Positions 33,954 to 42,917 of a stretch of DNA of 64,000 nt are shown piece after piece (positions within the stretch are counted from its first letter, which is position 1; each line of letters opens with the position of its first letter). Source of the DNA: an uncultured Pseudomonadota bacterium (lineage in GTDB: Bacteria; Pseudomonadota; Alphaproteobacteria; JACZXZ01). A program made the translations under genes and the position numbers. The stretch spans positions 64,001 to 128,000 of the forward strand of contig CAVVLJ010000020.1 in NCBI GenBank assembly GCA_963749075.1. The letters are read 5' to 3'. The notes under the pieces were generated by a model, which had not been told where the DNA came from, ran no database searches, and saw nothing but the letters and a program-made list of their open reading frames with translations.

Positions 33954-34406
33954 TTATGCGTCTATGGCCTCAGACTCGCGTGTCATCTTCGCACACAGGG
34001 CTTCCATCTTATGGCGTGGGAGCTGGTCAACCAGATATGCCCTGATTAGTGATCCGGCTTCCTTTAAAGACTCTTCGGTTGGAATACATGAAATCGTTAG
34101 GTACTCGATTTCGTCGTCGTACCCTTTCATACCGAAGGTATTCATCCACGCCCTAAATATCAAAGAATCGTCCACTGGCATCACCTGATTGATAAGAATG
34201 CCCTTTCGCAGCCGGCGCGAAACCCGACTGAAAATACCATTGCCGTCGTAAGGTGGTTTGTCGGGAAACCATTCGTTCCATTCAATCTTTGAAGGACCAT
34301 GTACAACAGAATCGAATACGGCATTCCAATGCTTCTGCGCCTTAACATAGTCAGCGTGTTCTGTACGAAAACGAGGAAACATAATACGGGGTTCGGTCTT
34401 CTTCAT
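33954..34406 (-). CDS. Hypothetical protein (possible immunity/antitoxin partner)
   Basis: 150-aa low-GC ORF; ATGA overlap with the upstream 102-aa ORF. Confidence 0.6.
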   Translation of the reverse strand: MKKTEPRIMFPRFRTEHADYVKAQKHWNAVFDSVVHGPSKIEWNEWFPDKPPYDGNGIFSRVSRRLRKGILINQVMPVDDSLIFRAWMNTFGMKGYDDEIEYLTISCIPTEESLKEAGSLIRAYLVDQLPRHKMEALCAKMTRESEAIDA

Positions 34407-34711
34407 GGTACGAAAGCCCGTCCTGCGAAAACTTGGATGTCCACACGTCGGTTATCGCGATCTCCTCTGACCAGACAGGTCTTTGGTCTCACAGGCGCGG
34501 TAACGCCGCCAGCACGCCGACACACGTGTATATAGGTTTCGGCACAATCTATTGCACCAAGTCGTCGATTCAGTTCGTCCGCTGTCAACCGATCGACTAA
34601 GTCATTAAGCATATTTAGGCCCTCGTCTGCAGTAAGGGGCTGATTCCTATCCCACGCCTCCGAATCCTCTACGCCGCCCCCTTGCATTTGGATTCGTCCG
34701 CGATTTTGCAA
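34403..34711 (-). CDS. Small hypothetical protein (possible toxin-tip-like domain)
   Basis: RGRIQMQGGGVEDSEAW..PLT..GL and RVDIQV..G.AF; start codon uncertain. Confidence 0.55.
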   Translation of the reverse strand: MQNRGRIQMQGGGVEDSEAWDRNQPLTADEGLNMLNDLVDRLTADELNRRLGAIDCAETYIHVCRRAGGVTAPVRPKTCLVRGDRDNRRVDIQVFAGRAFVP

Positions 34712-34739
34712 AACCCTTCACCCTTGCCGTGTATCGCCA

Positions 34740-34934
34740 TTATCCCCGGAGCTTTCGCTGTATCTGATTTCGTTCCTCGTAGGGCTGGTGCTCTTCCAGC
34801 AGTTCATCCCGGCGCACACCCAGAAGCCGACAAGTCAAAGAACGAAACCGCTCCATGGGCGCAGCGTCACCACCCGAAATCTCCCGCCTGGCGATTTCAC
34901 GTATCGTCTTGGTCTGATTTGGGCGATGCTTCAT
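34740..34934 (-). CDS. Small helical ORF directly downstream of the IS1595 transposase
   Basis: PMERFRSLT.RLLGV.RDEL; overlaps the transposase 3' end; start uncertain. Confidence 0.45.
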   Translation of the reverse strand: MKHRPNQTKTIREIARREISGGDAAPMERFRSLTCRLLGVRRDELLEEHQPYEERNQIQRKLRG

Positions 34935-35339
34935 GTCCGGTCAGTCGCTCATAGCTGAGGCGCCGTCCTGGAACCGATGATAGCACGGCAGCGAAACGGG
35001 CGTAATCATCTTCGCTGCGCCCATTGAAACGGAAAACCTGTTCATCGAGGTGCCGTTCTTACAATTGGCGATCATCCAGATCGCCGCGAACCACTTGTCG
35101 AGCCCAACCGGACTGTATTCGAAAACCGTTCCGACCTTCGCTGAGAATCGCCGCTTCTCATGGTTCTCCTGGCATTCCCAAACGCGAGGGATTGGGATGC
35201 AGCGAACGTCGATTCTGTCACAGATCGAGCAGCGCATGCCGCTCGGCCACCGCTAGGCAACGATCGACCGCAGGGATACGTCGGGGTCAGCAACATAGCG
35301 GATCGTCCGGAGGAGGGTTTTGGGGGCATGGTCTACCAT
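34897..35339 (-). mobile_element. IS1595-family transposase relic: in-frame stop and deletion of the DDE core
   Basis: N-terminal MVDHAPKTL..ADPD..*RWPSGMRC..C..WEC..RFS.KVGTVFE.S...LDKW..AIW..NCKNG is joined at about 35050, out of frame, to the C-terminal HLDEQVFRFN..RF..GRRLSYERLTG. Confidence 0.8.
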
Positions 35340-35439
35340 CCCCATATCCTAGTGGTGCCCTAACCGTGGACGGTTACGTGGGATTTCGCCGCAGCGCTGC
35401 GCCGCTGCTTGCGCGCGCCGCCTCGTCTCATAGCGCCCG

Positions 35440-36465
35440 CTATGCACGCCGGGACCCGCCAGCGGCGCGCGCCGGTCCGGTCGATTGCCGGATGATGACG
35501 TCGGCCTCGAGCTTGATCTTGCGCGGGCCCGCCCGGCCCGCGATCCAGTCGAGGAGAAAATCGGCGATGCGCGTGCCGATGCGGTCGGCCGGGATGTGGA
35601 CCGTGCTCAGCGGCGGGTCGAGCTCGGCCACGATCTCGAGGTCCGAGAAGCCGGCGACCGAGACATCCTGCGGGACGCGGACGCCGAGCGCGCGGCACTC
35701 GAAGAGCGCGCCGATGGCGAGCGTGTCCGTCGTGCAGCAGATCGCCGTGAGATCGGGATGCTGCGTCAAGAGCGCCCGCGTGGCGCTGCGGCCTGCGACG
35801 ATCGTCTGCGCCACCTCGCGGATTTGCGCGGGCGGGACGGCGATGCCGCGCTCGCCCAAGCAATCGGTGATGCCCTTGAGGCGCGCCGCGATCCTGTCGT
35901 TGAGGCTGGGCGGAGCGGTGACGATGCCGAAGCCGCGGTGGCCGAGCTCGACGAGATGGCGCGTCAGCTCGAAGGACCCGCTGCGATTGTCGAAGCCGAT
36001 GCAGGGATGCGGGTTCTCCCCGTCGAACTGGTAGGTGTTGACATAAGGGAGATTGCGCAAGCGCAGCAGCTCGTAGACCTCCGGCGCATGGCGGTTGCCG
36101 ACCAGTGCCATGCCGTCGACGCCGCGCTCGATGAGGGCACGGACCTGCCGCACCTCCTTCTCCTCGTCGTAGTGGCTGGCGGCGACCAGGAGCTGGTAGC
36201 CGCTCTCCTCGAGGCGCCGCTGCAGCGCCTCGACGCCGACCGCGAAGATGCCGATGCCGAACGTCGGTACGACGTTGCCGATCGTGAAGGAATGGCGCGA
36301 CGCGAGCGCCCGCGCGGCACCGTGGCGGAGATAGTCGAGCTCGCCCATGGCGCTCATGACGCGCTCGCGAACCTCCGGACTCACCTTCGCCGGATGATTG
36401 AGAACGCGCGACACCGACGCCGAGGAGACGCCGGCCCGCCGAGCCACATCGCTGAGAGTAGCCAT
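35440..36465 (-). CDS. LacI-family regulator (paralog of 13678-14718)
   Basis: MATLSDVARRAGVSSASVSRVLN, ARALASR, CIGFDNR, PPLSTV. Confidence 0.92.
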   Translation of the reverse strand: MATLSDVARRAGVSSASVSRVLNHPAKVSPEVRERVMSAMGELDYLRHGAARALASRHSFTIGNVVPTFGIGIFAVGVEALQRRLEESGYQLLVAASHYDEEKEVRQVRALIERGVDGMALVGNRHAPEVYELLRLRNLPYVNTYQFDGENPHPCIGFDNRSGSFELTRHLVELGHRGFGIVTAPPSLNDRIAARLKGITDCLGERGIAVPPAQIREVAQTIVAGRSATRALLTQHPDLTAICCTTDTLAIGALFECRALGVRVPQDVSVAGFSDLEIVAELDPPLSTVHIPADRIGTRIADFLLDWIAGRAGPRKIKLEADVIIRQSTGPARAAGGSRRA

Positions 36466-36545
36466 GAGAGGAACCATAATGGCGGGCGGCGGGAATGGCC
36501 AGACGCCTCTCCGGCTGGAGCCTCGCGCCTTGCGCAGCGGCCGCC

Positions 36546-37205
36546 TTACCCCACCCCTTCGAAATCGTCGAGCAGTGCCGCGATGCGGCCTGAATCCCAT
36601 TGCGTCATGATCATCTCGGCGCGCCTCGTCGCCTCGCGCTGGTCGAGCGCTCTGATGCGCTGCTTGATGCGCGGCAGTGCCGCCGTCGGCATCGAGAGGT
36701 CGCGGATGCCGAGGCCCAAGAGGAGCGGGGTATAGCGCGCGTCGCCCGCCATCTCGCCGCAGAGACAGAGCGGGATGCGCGCGCGCAAGGCGGCACCCGC
36801 GGCGAACTGGATGAGGCGGAGGACGGCCGGGTGGAGGGGATTGTAGAGATAGGCGACCTGCTCGTCGCCGCGGTCGATGGCGAGGGTGTACATGGTGAGG
36901 TCGTTGGTGCCGATCGCGAAGAAGTCGGACTCGAGTGCCAGCGCGTCGGCGGCGAGTGCGGCGCCCGGCACCTCGATCATGACGCCGAGCTTGGGCACTT
37001 CGGCCGCCGCCTTGACGCCCTGGCGCTTAAGGCGGGCGTGCAGCTTGTGCAGGATCGCCTTCACCTGGCGCACCTCGCCGAGCGAGGCGATCATGGGGAG
37101 GAGGATGCGCACCTCGCCGTGGGCGCCCGCGCGCAGCATGGCGGCGAGCTGGGCCTCCAAGAGCTCCGGATGCTTGAGCGAGAGGCGGATGGCGCGCAGG
37201 CCGAG
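36546..37205 (-). pseudogene. Duplicated 3' fragment of ptsI
   Basis: Encodes LGLRAIR..MIEVP..IGTNDL..CGEMAG..FEGVG*; lacks the N-terminal and phospho-His domains. Confidence 0.9.
36556..37205. repeat. 650-bp direct repeat, copy 1
   Basis: Identical by line-by-line reading to 40416-41065 (offset 3860). Confidence 0.95.
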
Positions 37206-37366
37206 CGCCGTGCGACCGCGTAGCTGATCTCGATCCGGCGGCACCAAACGACGTCTGCAATGCGGTAGGACCGTTTCGGGTGTATTCGATTTTGTCGCAG
37301 ACTTGTGAAAAAAAAATCTATAGAGGTAGACGCCGGGTCACGAACAATGTCCGTCGGGGGGGGCAA

Positions 37367-40328
37367 ATGGCACCGCCAAGGGCGATTATCGAACTCGTTG
37401 AGCGGTTTCACGAGCAATTCGACAACTACGTTTCGCCCAAATACAACGAGACCCAAGTCCGGCGCGAGTTCATCGATCCTCTCTTTAAAGCGCTTGGGTG
37501 GGATGTTGACAATACCCAGGGCTTCTCCGAAGCGTACAAAGAAGTTGTTCATGAAGAGGCCATAAAAATTGCCGGCGATCATCGGGCTCCCGATTACAGC
37601 TTCCGCATCGGTGGTGGGCGCAAATTCTTTCTAGAAGCGAAGAAACCCGCCGTCAGCATCAATGATGAGTTCGCCCCAGCATATCAGCTTCGTCGCTATG
37701 CATGGTCAGCCAAGCTCCCCCTATCGGTAATAACGAGTTTCCGCGAATTCGCCGTCTATGATTGTCGTGTCAGGCCAGCTAAAATCGATAGGCCGTCTGT
37801 AGCTCGCATCATGTATCTCACGTTCGATGAGTACGGGGCGCGATGGGACGAAATCGCGGGTGTCTTCTCTAAGGAAGCAATTTACAAGGGTGGCTTTGAT
37901 CGCTTTGTCGACTCGAACAAGCTAATCAGGGGCACAGCTGAATTCGATGACGACTTCCTTGCTGAAATCGAATCGTGGCGCGACGTTCTCGCTCGGAACA
38001 TGGCATTGCGAAATCCGCGACTCGCCCAGGAGGAATTAAATTATGCAGTTCAGTCAACCATCGATCGCATCATCTTTCTTCGAATAGGCGAGGATCGAGG
38101 ACTAGAGCCATACAAGCAGCTGCAGAGCATATCGGTAGGCGACCAAGTCTACGGAGCACTCGTAAAACTCTTCAAAAGCGCGGACGAGCGATATAATTCC
38201 GGCTTGTTTCATTTCCGCCCGGAGACGGGTCGTGCAGAAACTCCCGACACGATCACTCCCAGGCTTATCGTCGATGATAGACCGCTCAAAGGGATTATCT
38301 CGGCTCTCTATTATCCGGAGAGCCCGTATGAATTCTCTGTCGTTGGCGCCGACATCCTTGGTCAAGTTTATGAACAATTTCTTGGAAAAATTATACGACT
38401 TACACTCGGACATCGCGCAGTAATCGAGGAGAAGCCAGAAGTCAAGAAGGCTGGAGGTGTATATTATACACCAACATATATAGTAAATTACATTGTTCGA
38501 CAAACCTTGGGTATATGGCTCAAAGGCAAGTCGGTAGCGCAAACAAAGAAATTGCGGATCCTCGATCCGGCATGCGGCTCTGGATCCTTCCTCATCGCTG
38601 CATACCAATATCTATTGGATTGGCATCTCGAACGGTATTCGAGACAGCCGGAAAATCACAGGAGTCTAATCTATCGTGGTGGGCATGGAGAATGGCGCCT
38701 CACGTCCGCCGAGCGCAAGCGTATTCTCACTACGCATATCTTTGGCGTCGACGTAGATCAGCAGGCCGTCGAAGTGACCAAGCTTTCGCTGATGCTGAAG
38801 GTGCTCGAAGGGGAGTCGTCTGACAGCTTGAAAAAGCAATTGGAGATGTTCCACGAACGTGCGCTGCCAGATTTGGGGACGAATATTAAATGTGGCAATT
38901 CGCTAATTGGTCCGGAATTCTATGCCAATGAGCAATTCGACATGCTGGACGACACAAAGAGAGGGAAGGTAAACCTATTCGATTGGGAGGGAGATGGTGG
39001 ATTTAAAGAGACAATGTCCCGCGGCGGGTTCGACGTGATCGTCGGAAATCCTCCCTACGTCAATGCCTGGATCATGTATGAAACCCACCCTGAAATACGT
39101 AATTATATTAATTCCGCGAAGCTCTACCGCTCCGCAGACAGACATTGGGACGCGTACATTTTATTTCTCGAAAAAAGCCTGATGCTTCTTCGATCTTCTG
39201 GATATTTGTCCTTCATCATTCCATTTTCGTACTGCATTCAGAAATACGCTACATTATCACGCAAGATAATAACCGAGGAATGTACGATTTCGAGCATAGC
39301 TGACCTTCGCACCGTGCGTGTTTTCAAAAATGTCCCGGTAATCACAATTATTCCCGTTGTTATCAGGTCAAAACCTTCTCCTCATCATCGAATTCAGATA
39401 CTCGGACCAGGTCACGGAGCAACGGATCGGCACCCTGGCGATATCGCGCTCCGTCACAAAGTCGCGCAAGGGGTGTTCCGAGATGGGATTGAATGCATGT
39501 GGCGCCTCGATTTGCGCCCTACAGCAGTGTCGGCGTGCGATGCAATAGAGGCAGCTAGTATCACGGTGGGTGATATTTCTTGGGTCAATTATGGCGCTCA
39601 GATGTCCAGTAAAAAGAAAAAAGAGTTTGGAAAGGAGTATGTCTTGCGAGACCGTCGGGCATCGAAGACATGCAAAAAGACGATCTCTGGGCGCGACCTG
39701 TACCGGTACAATATCACGTGGAACGGGCAATATGTTGAATGGGCCCTCGCACCAAAAATGTATGGACCGCGAGAGTCGTGGTTTTTTGAGACACCGAAGC
39801 TAATGATTCGAGATATTACCGGCACTCATCGGTTAGAACTGTCGTTGGACGAAAGCAAGCTCTATTGCGATCACACAGTGTTGTGTTGTTTGCGTATCTG
39901 TGATGCCGCTGGCCATCACAGATTTGATGAGCGCGCCGTTAGGCTCTCCGCCGAATACCCGCTTGAGCTTCTGTTAGGTCTTCTTGCGAGCCGGCCGATT
40001 TCCGCCTTTTACTATTGGAAGTTAACGGGCGAAGGAGTTCGGACGGGCGGTGGGTTCCATACATATCCGAACACAATCCGCGCGCTCCCCGTATTTGATG
40101 TCACTCGCGCATCAAGATTCTCAGGAACATCTCGCAAAGAACATCATAACGCTGGTACGACGGATTCTTGACCTTCGACAGGGAGCGAGCACAGCTAGAA
40201 CCCCCCAATCGCGGACAGCACTCGAGCGGCAAATCTCAGCGCTAGATGATCAGATCGATGCCGATGTGTACAAGATTTACAACCTAAATGCTGAGCAAAT
40301 TCGAATGATCAAGGAAGCTACCAAATGA
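37367..40328 (+). CDS. Type IIG (Eco57I/TaqI-C-like) fused restriction endonuclease-N6 methyltransferase; C-terminal tail frameshifted
   Basis: NETQVRREFIDP..LGWD and PDY..FLEAKK nuclease; GVYYTP, ILDPACGSGSFL, GNPPY. The main ORF stops at 40171, while the tail LERQI.ALD.QID..VY.IY.L (to 40328) is in the +1 frame. Low GC. Confidence 0.88.
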
Positions 40329-40405
40329 CCCGGTAAAAAAAGTTGAGATGAGTTATTCCCGGAAGCAGATTTCCTCCGTGCTAGCAAAATGGTCCCGGCC
40401 TACTT

Positions 40406-42193
40406 TCACCCGAGTCCTTCGAAATCGTCGAGCAGTGCCGCGATGCGGCCTGAATCCCATTGCGTCATGATCATCTCGGCGCGCCTCGTCGCCTCGCGCT
40501 GGTCGAGCGCTCTGATGCGCTGCTTGATGCGCGGCAGTGCCGCCGTCGGCATCGAGAGGTCGCGGATGCCGAGGCCCAAGAGGAGCGGGGTATAGCGCGC
40601 GTCGCCCGCCATCTCGCCGCAGAGACAGAGCGGGATGCGCGCGCGCAAGGCGGCACCCGCGGCGAACTGGATGAGGCGGAGGACGGCCGGGTGGAGGGGA
40701 TTGTAGAGATAGGCGACCTGCTCGTCGCCGCGGTCGATGGCGAGGGTGTACATGGTGAGGTCGTTGGTGCCGATCGCGAAGAAGTCGGACTCGAGTGCCA
40801 GCGCGTCGGCGGCGAGTGCGGCGCCCGGCACCTCGATCATGACGCCGAGCTTGGGCACTTCGGCCGCCGCCTTGACGCCCTGGCGCTTAAGGCGGGCGTG
40901 CAGCTTGTGCAGGATCGCCTTCACCTGGCGCACCTCGCCGAGCGAGGCGATCATGGGGAGGAGGATGCGCACCTCGCCGTGGGCGCCCGCGCGCAGCATG
41001 GCGGCGAGCTGGGCCTCCAAGAGCTCCGGATGCTTGAGCGAGAGGCGGATGGCGCGCAGGCCGAGTGCGGGGTTGACCGAGGGCCCGACGTGGCCGCCCA
41101 AGGAATAGGCGAGCTTGTCGCCGCCGATGTCGAGGGTGCGCATGGTGACCGGGCGGCCCGCCATGCCCTCGACGAAGGTCCGAAGCGCCTCATACTGCTC
41201 GTCCTCGCCGGGCAGGTCGTCGCGGTTCATGAAGAGGAACTCGGTGCGCAGCAGGCCGATGCCCTCGGCCCCCACCGCAAGGGCATGCTCGAGCTCGCGC
41301 GGCAGCTCGACGTTGACCTGGAGCGTCACGCGCACGCCGTCGCGCGTCACCGCCGCGAGCTTGGAAAGGCGCGCGAGCTTGTGCTCCTCGCGCTGGAAGG
41401 CGCGGCGCTGCGCCTCGTACTTGGCGAGCGTGGCGTCCGAGGGATTGACGATGACGCGCCCGCCGGTGCCGTCGATGACCGCGAGCGTGCCCGGTGCCGT
41501 GCCGACCAGGAGACCGCCCACGCCGAGCACGGCGGGGAGGCCCAACGAGCGCGCCATGATCGCGGTGTGGCTCTCGGCACCGCCGAGCACGGTCGCGAAG
41601 CCGCCGATGCGGTCGGGATCGAGGAGGGCGGTGTCCGCCGGCGTGAGCTCCTCGGCGAGCACGACGCTCCCCACCGGCAGCGCCGAGAAGGCCTGGTAGG
41701 GCCGCTGCATGAGGTTGCGCACCAGCCGCGCCGCCACCTCGCGGATGTCGTCGGCGCGGCTCGCGAGATACTCGTCGCCCATGCCGGCGAAGCCCTTGGC
41801 GATCTCGTGCGTCTCGGCCTGCACCGCCGCCTCGGCGTTGATCCCCTCGCCGGCGATGCGCCCGTCGGCGCCGCGCAGCAGGCGCGAGCCCGCCAGCATC
41901 TGGAGATGGGCGTCGAGGAGGAAGCCGAGCTCCTCGCCGGCCGCCCCTCCGAGCGCCATGGCCTTGAGCTTGAGCTTGTGGAGCTGCTTGCGCGAGCGCT
42001 CGACCGCCTCCTTGAGGCGCGCTCGCTCGCCTGCGAGCTGCTCCGCGGGCACGCGGTACTCGGGCACCTCGAGGGCACCCGCCTCGCGCACATGGGCGGG
42101 TCCGATCGCCACCCCCGGCGCCACGCCGAGGCCATGGAACACGCGTTCGCGACCCTCGCTTCCCCGCCTCGCTGGTGCGCCGCTGCGCGCCAT
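40406..42193 (-). CDS. ptsI: PEP-protein phosphotransferase, Enzyme I (no GAF domain)
   Basis: GG.ESHTAIMARS, GIGLLRTEF, RTLDIGGDK, NPALGLR, IGTNDL, CGEMAG. Confidence 0.95.
   Translation of the reverse strand: MARSGAPARRGSEGRERVFHGLGVAPGVAIGPAHVREAGALEVPEYRVPAEQLAGERARLKEAVERSRKQLHKLKLKAMALGGAAGEELGFLLDAHLQMLAGSRLLRGADGRIAGEGINAEAAVQAETHEIAKGFAGMGDEYLASRADDIREVAARLVRNLMQRPYQAFSALPVGSVVLAEELTPADTALLDPDRIGGFATVLGGAESHTAIMARSLGLPAVLGVGGLLVGTAPGTLAVIDGTGGRVIVNPSDATLAKYEAQRRAFQREEHKLARLSKLAAVTRDGVRVTLQVNVELPRELEHALAVGAEGIGLLRTEFLFMNRDDLPGEDEQYEALRTFVEGMAGRPVTMRTLDIGGDKLAYSLGGHVGPSVNPALGLRAIRLSLKHPELLEAQLAAMLRAGAHGEVRILLPMIASLGEVRQVKAILHKLHARLKRQGVKAAAEVPKLGVMIEVPGAALAADALALESDFFAIGTNDLTMYTLAIDRGDEQVAYLYNPLHPAVLRLIQFAAGAALRARIPLCLCGEMAGDARYTPLLLGLGIRDLSMPTAALPRIKQRIRALDQREATRRAEMIMTQWDSGRIAALLDDFEGLG
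40416..41065. repeat. 650-bp direct repeat, copy 2 (within intact ptsI)
   Basis: Identical to 36556-37205. Confidence 0.95.
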
Positions 42194-42507
42194 CACTCTT
42201 CGCCGAACTTGCCGTCCACCAAGGCCGCGAGCGCATCGAGCGCCGCGCGCGCCTGCGGCCCCGCGGCGCTCACCTCGATCGCCGTGCCCGGGCCCGCCGC
42301 GAGCATCATCAGCCCCATGATGCTGAGGCCCGAGACCGTCATGTCCTTCTTGGCGACGGTGATCTCGGCGGCGAACGCCTCGGCGCATTTGACGAAGCGC
42401 GCGGCCGCACGGGCGTGGAGCCCGCGCTGGTTCTTGATGACGAGGCTGCGGCTCTCCGCGCCGGCCGCGGGTGCTGCCGGCCGGGCGCCGCTGGCGCTGT
42501 CGTTCAT
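42193..42507 (-). CDS. HPr/NPr phosphocarrier protein
   Basis: N.RGLHARAA, SIMGLMML. Confidence 0.95.
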   Translation of the reverse strand: MNDSASGARPAAPAAGAESRSLVIKNQRGLHARAAARFVKCAEAFAAEITVAKKDMTVSGLSIMGLMMLAAGPGTAIEVSAAGPQARAALDALAALVDGKFGEE

Positions 42508-42917
42508 CGCTTGTCCTTCTCCTCGGCGAGGAGGGCGGAGGCGACGTTGATGTACTTGCGCCCGGCCTCCTGGGCCGCGGCGACCGCCTGGGGCAGCTTC
42601 TCGCTCTGGCGTACGCTCGCGAGCTTGATGAGCATGGGAAGGTTGACGCCGGCGATGACCTCGACCTTGGCGTTGTCGAGGATGGAGATGGCTAGGTTGG
42701 AGGGCGTGCCGCCGAACATGTCGGTGAGCAGCACGACGCCGGTGCCGTCGTCCACCTGGGCGACCGAGCGCAGGATGTCCTCGCGCCTTTTCTCCATGTC
42801 GTCGTCGGGCCCGATGCAGACGGCGCGGATGCGCTGCTGCGGGCCGACTACGTGCTCGAGCGCCGAGATGAACTCCTGCGCGAGATTGCCGTGGGTCACG
42901 AGCACCATGCCGATCAT
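42504..42917 (-). CDS. PTS EIIA-Man-like component
   Basis: MIG.VLVTHG, TDMFGGTPSN, GVNLPML. Confidence 0.95.
   Translation of the reverse strand: MIGMVLVTHGNLAQEFISALEHVVGPQQRIRAVCIGPDDDMEKRREDILRSVAQVDDGTGVVLLTDMFGGTPSNLAISILDNAKVEVIAGVNLPMLIKLASVRQSEKLPQAVAAAQEAGRKYINVASALLAEEKDKR

Noticed and set aside
33911-35392. Candidate IS1595 terminal inverted repeats (GCGAGAAGTCCCCA versus GCGAAATCCCACG)
   Set aside because: The similarity is too weak to call element ends without an intact reference copy.
36556-41065. Duplication as a pure assembly artefact
   Set aside because: The copies have distinct, codon-sensible flanks (EGVG* versus EGLG*) and enclose unique DNA. An artefact is unlikely but is not excluded without reads.
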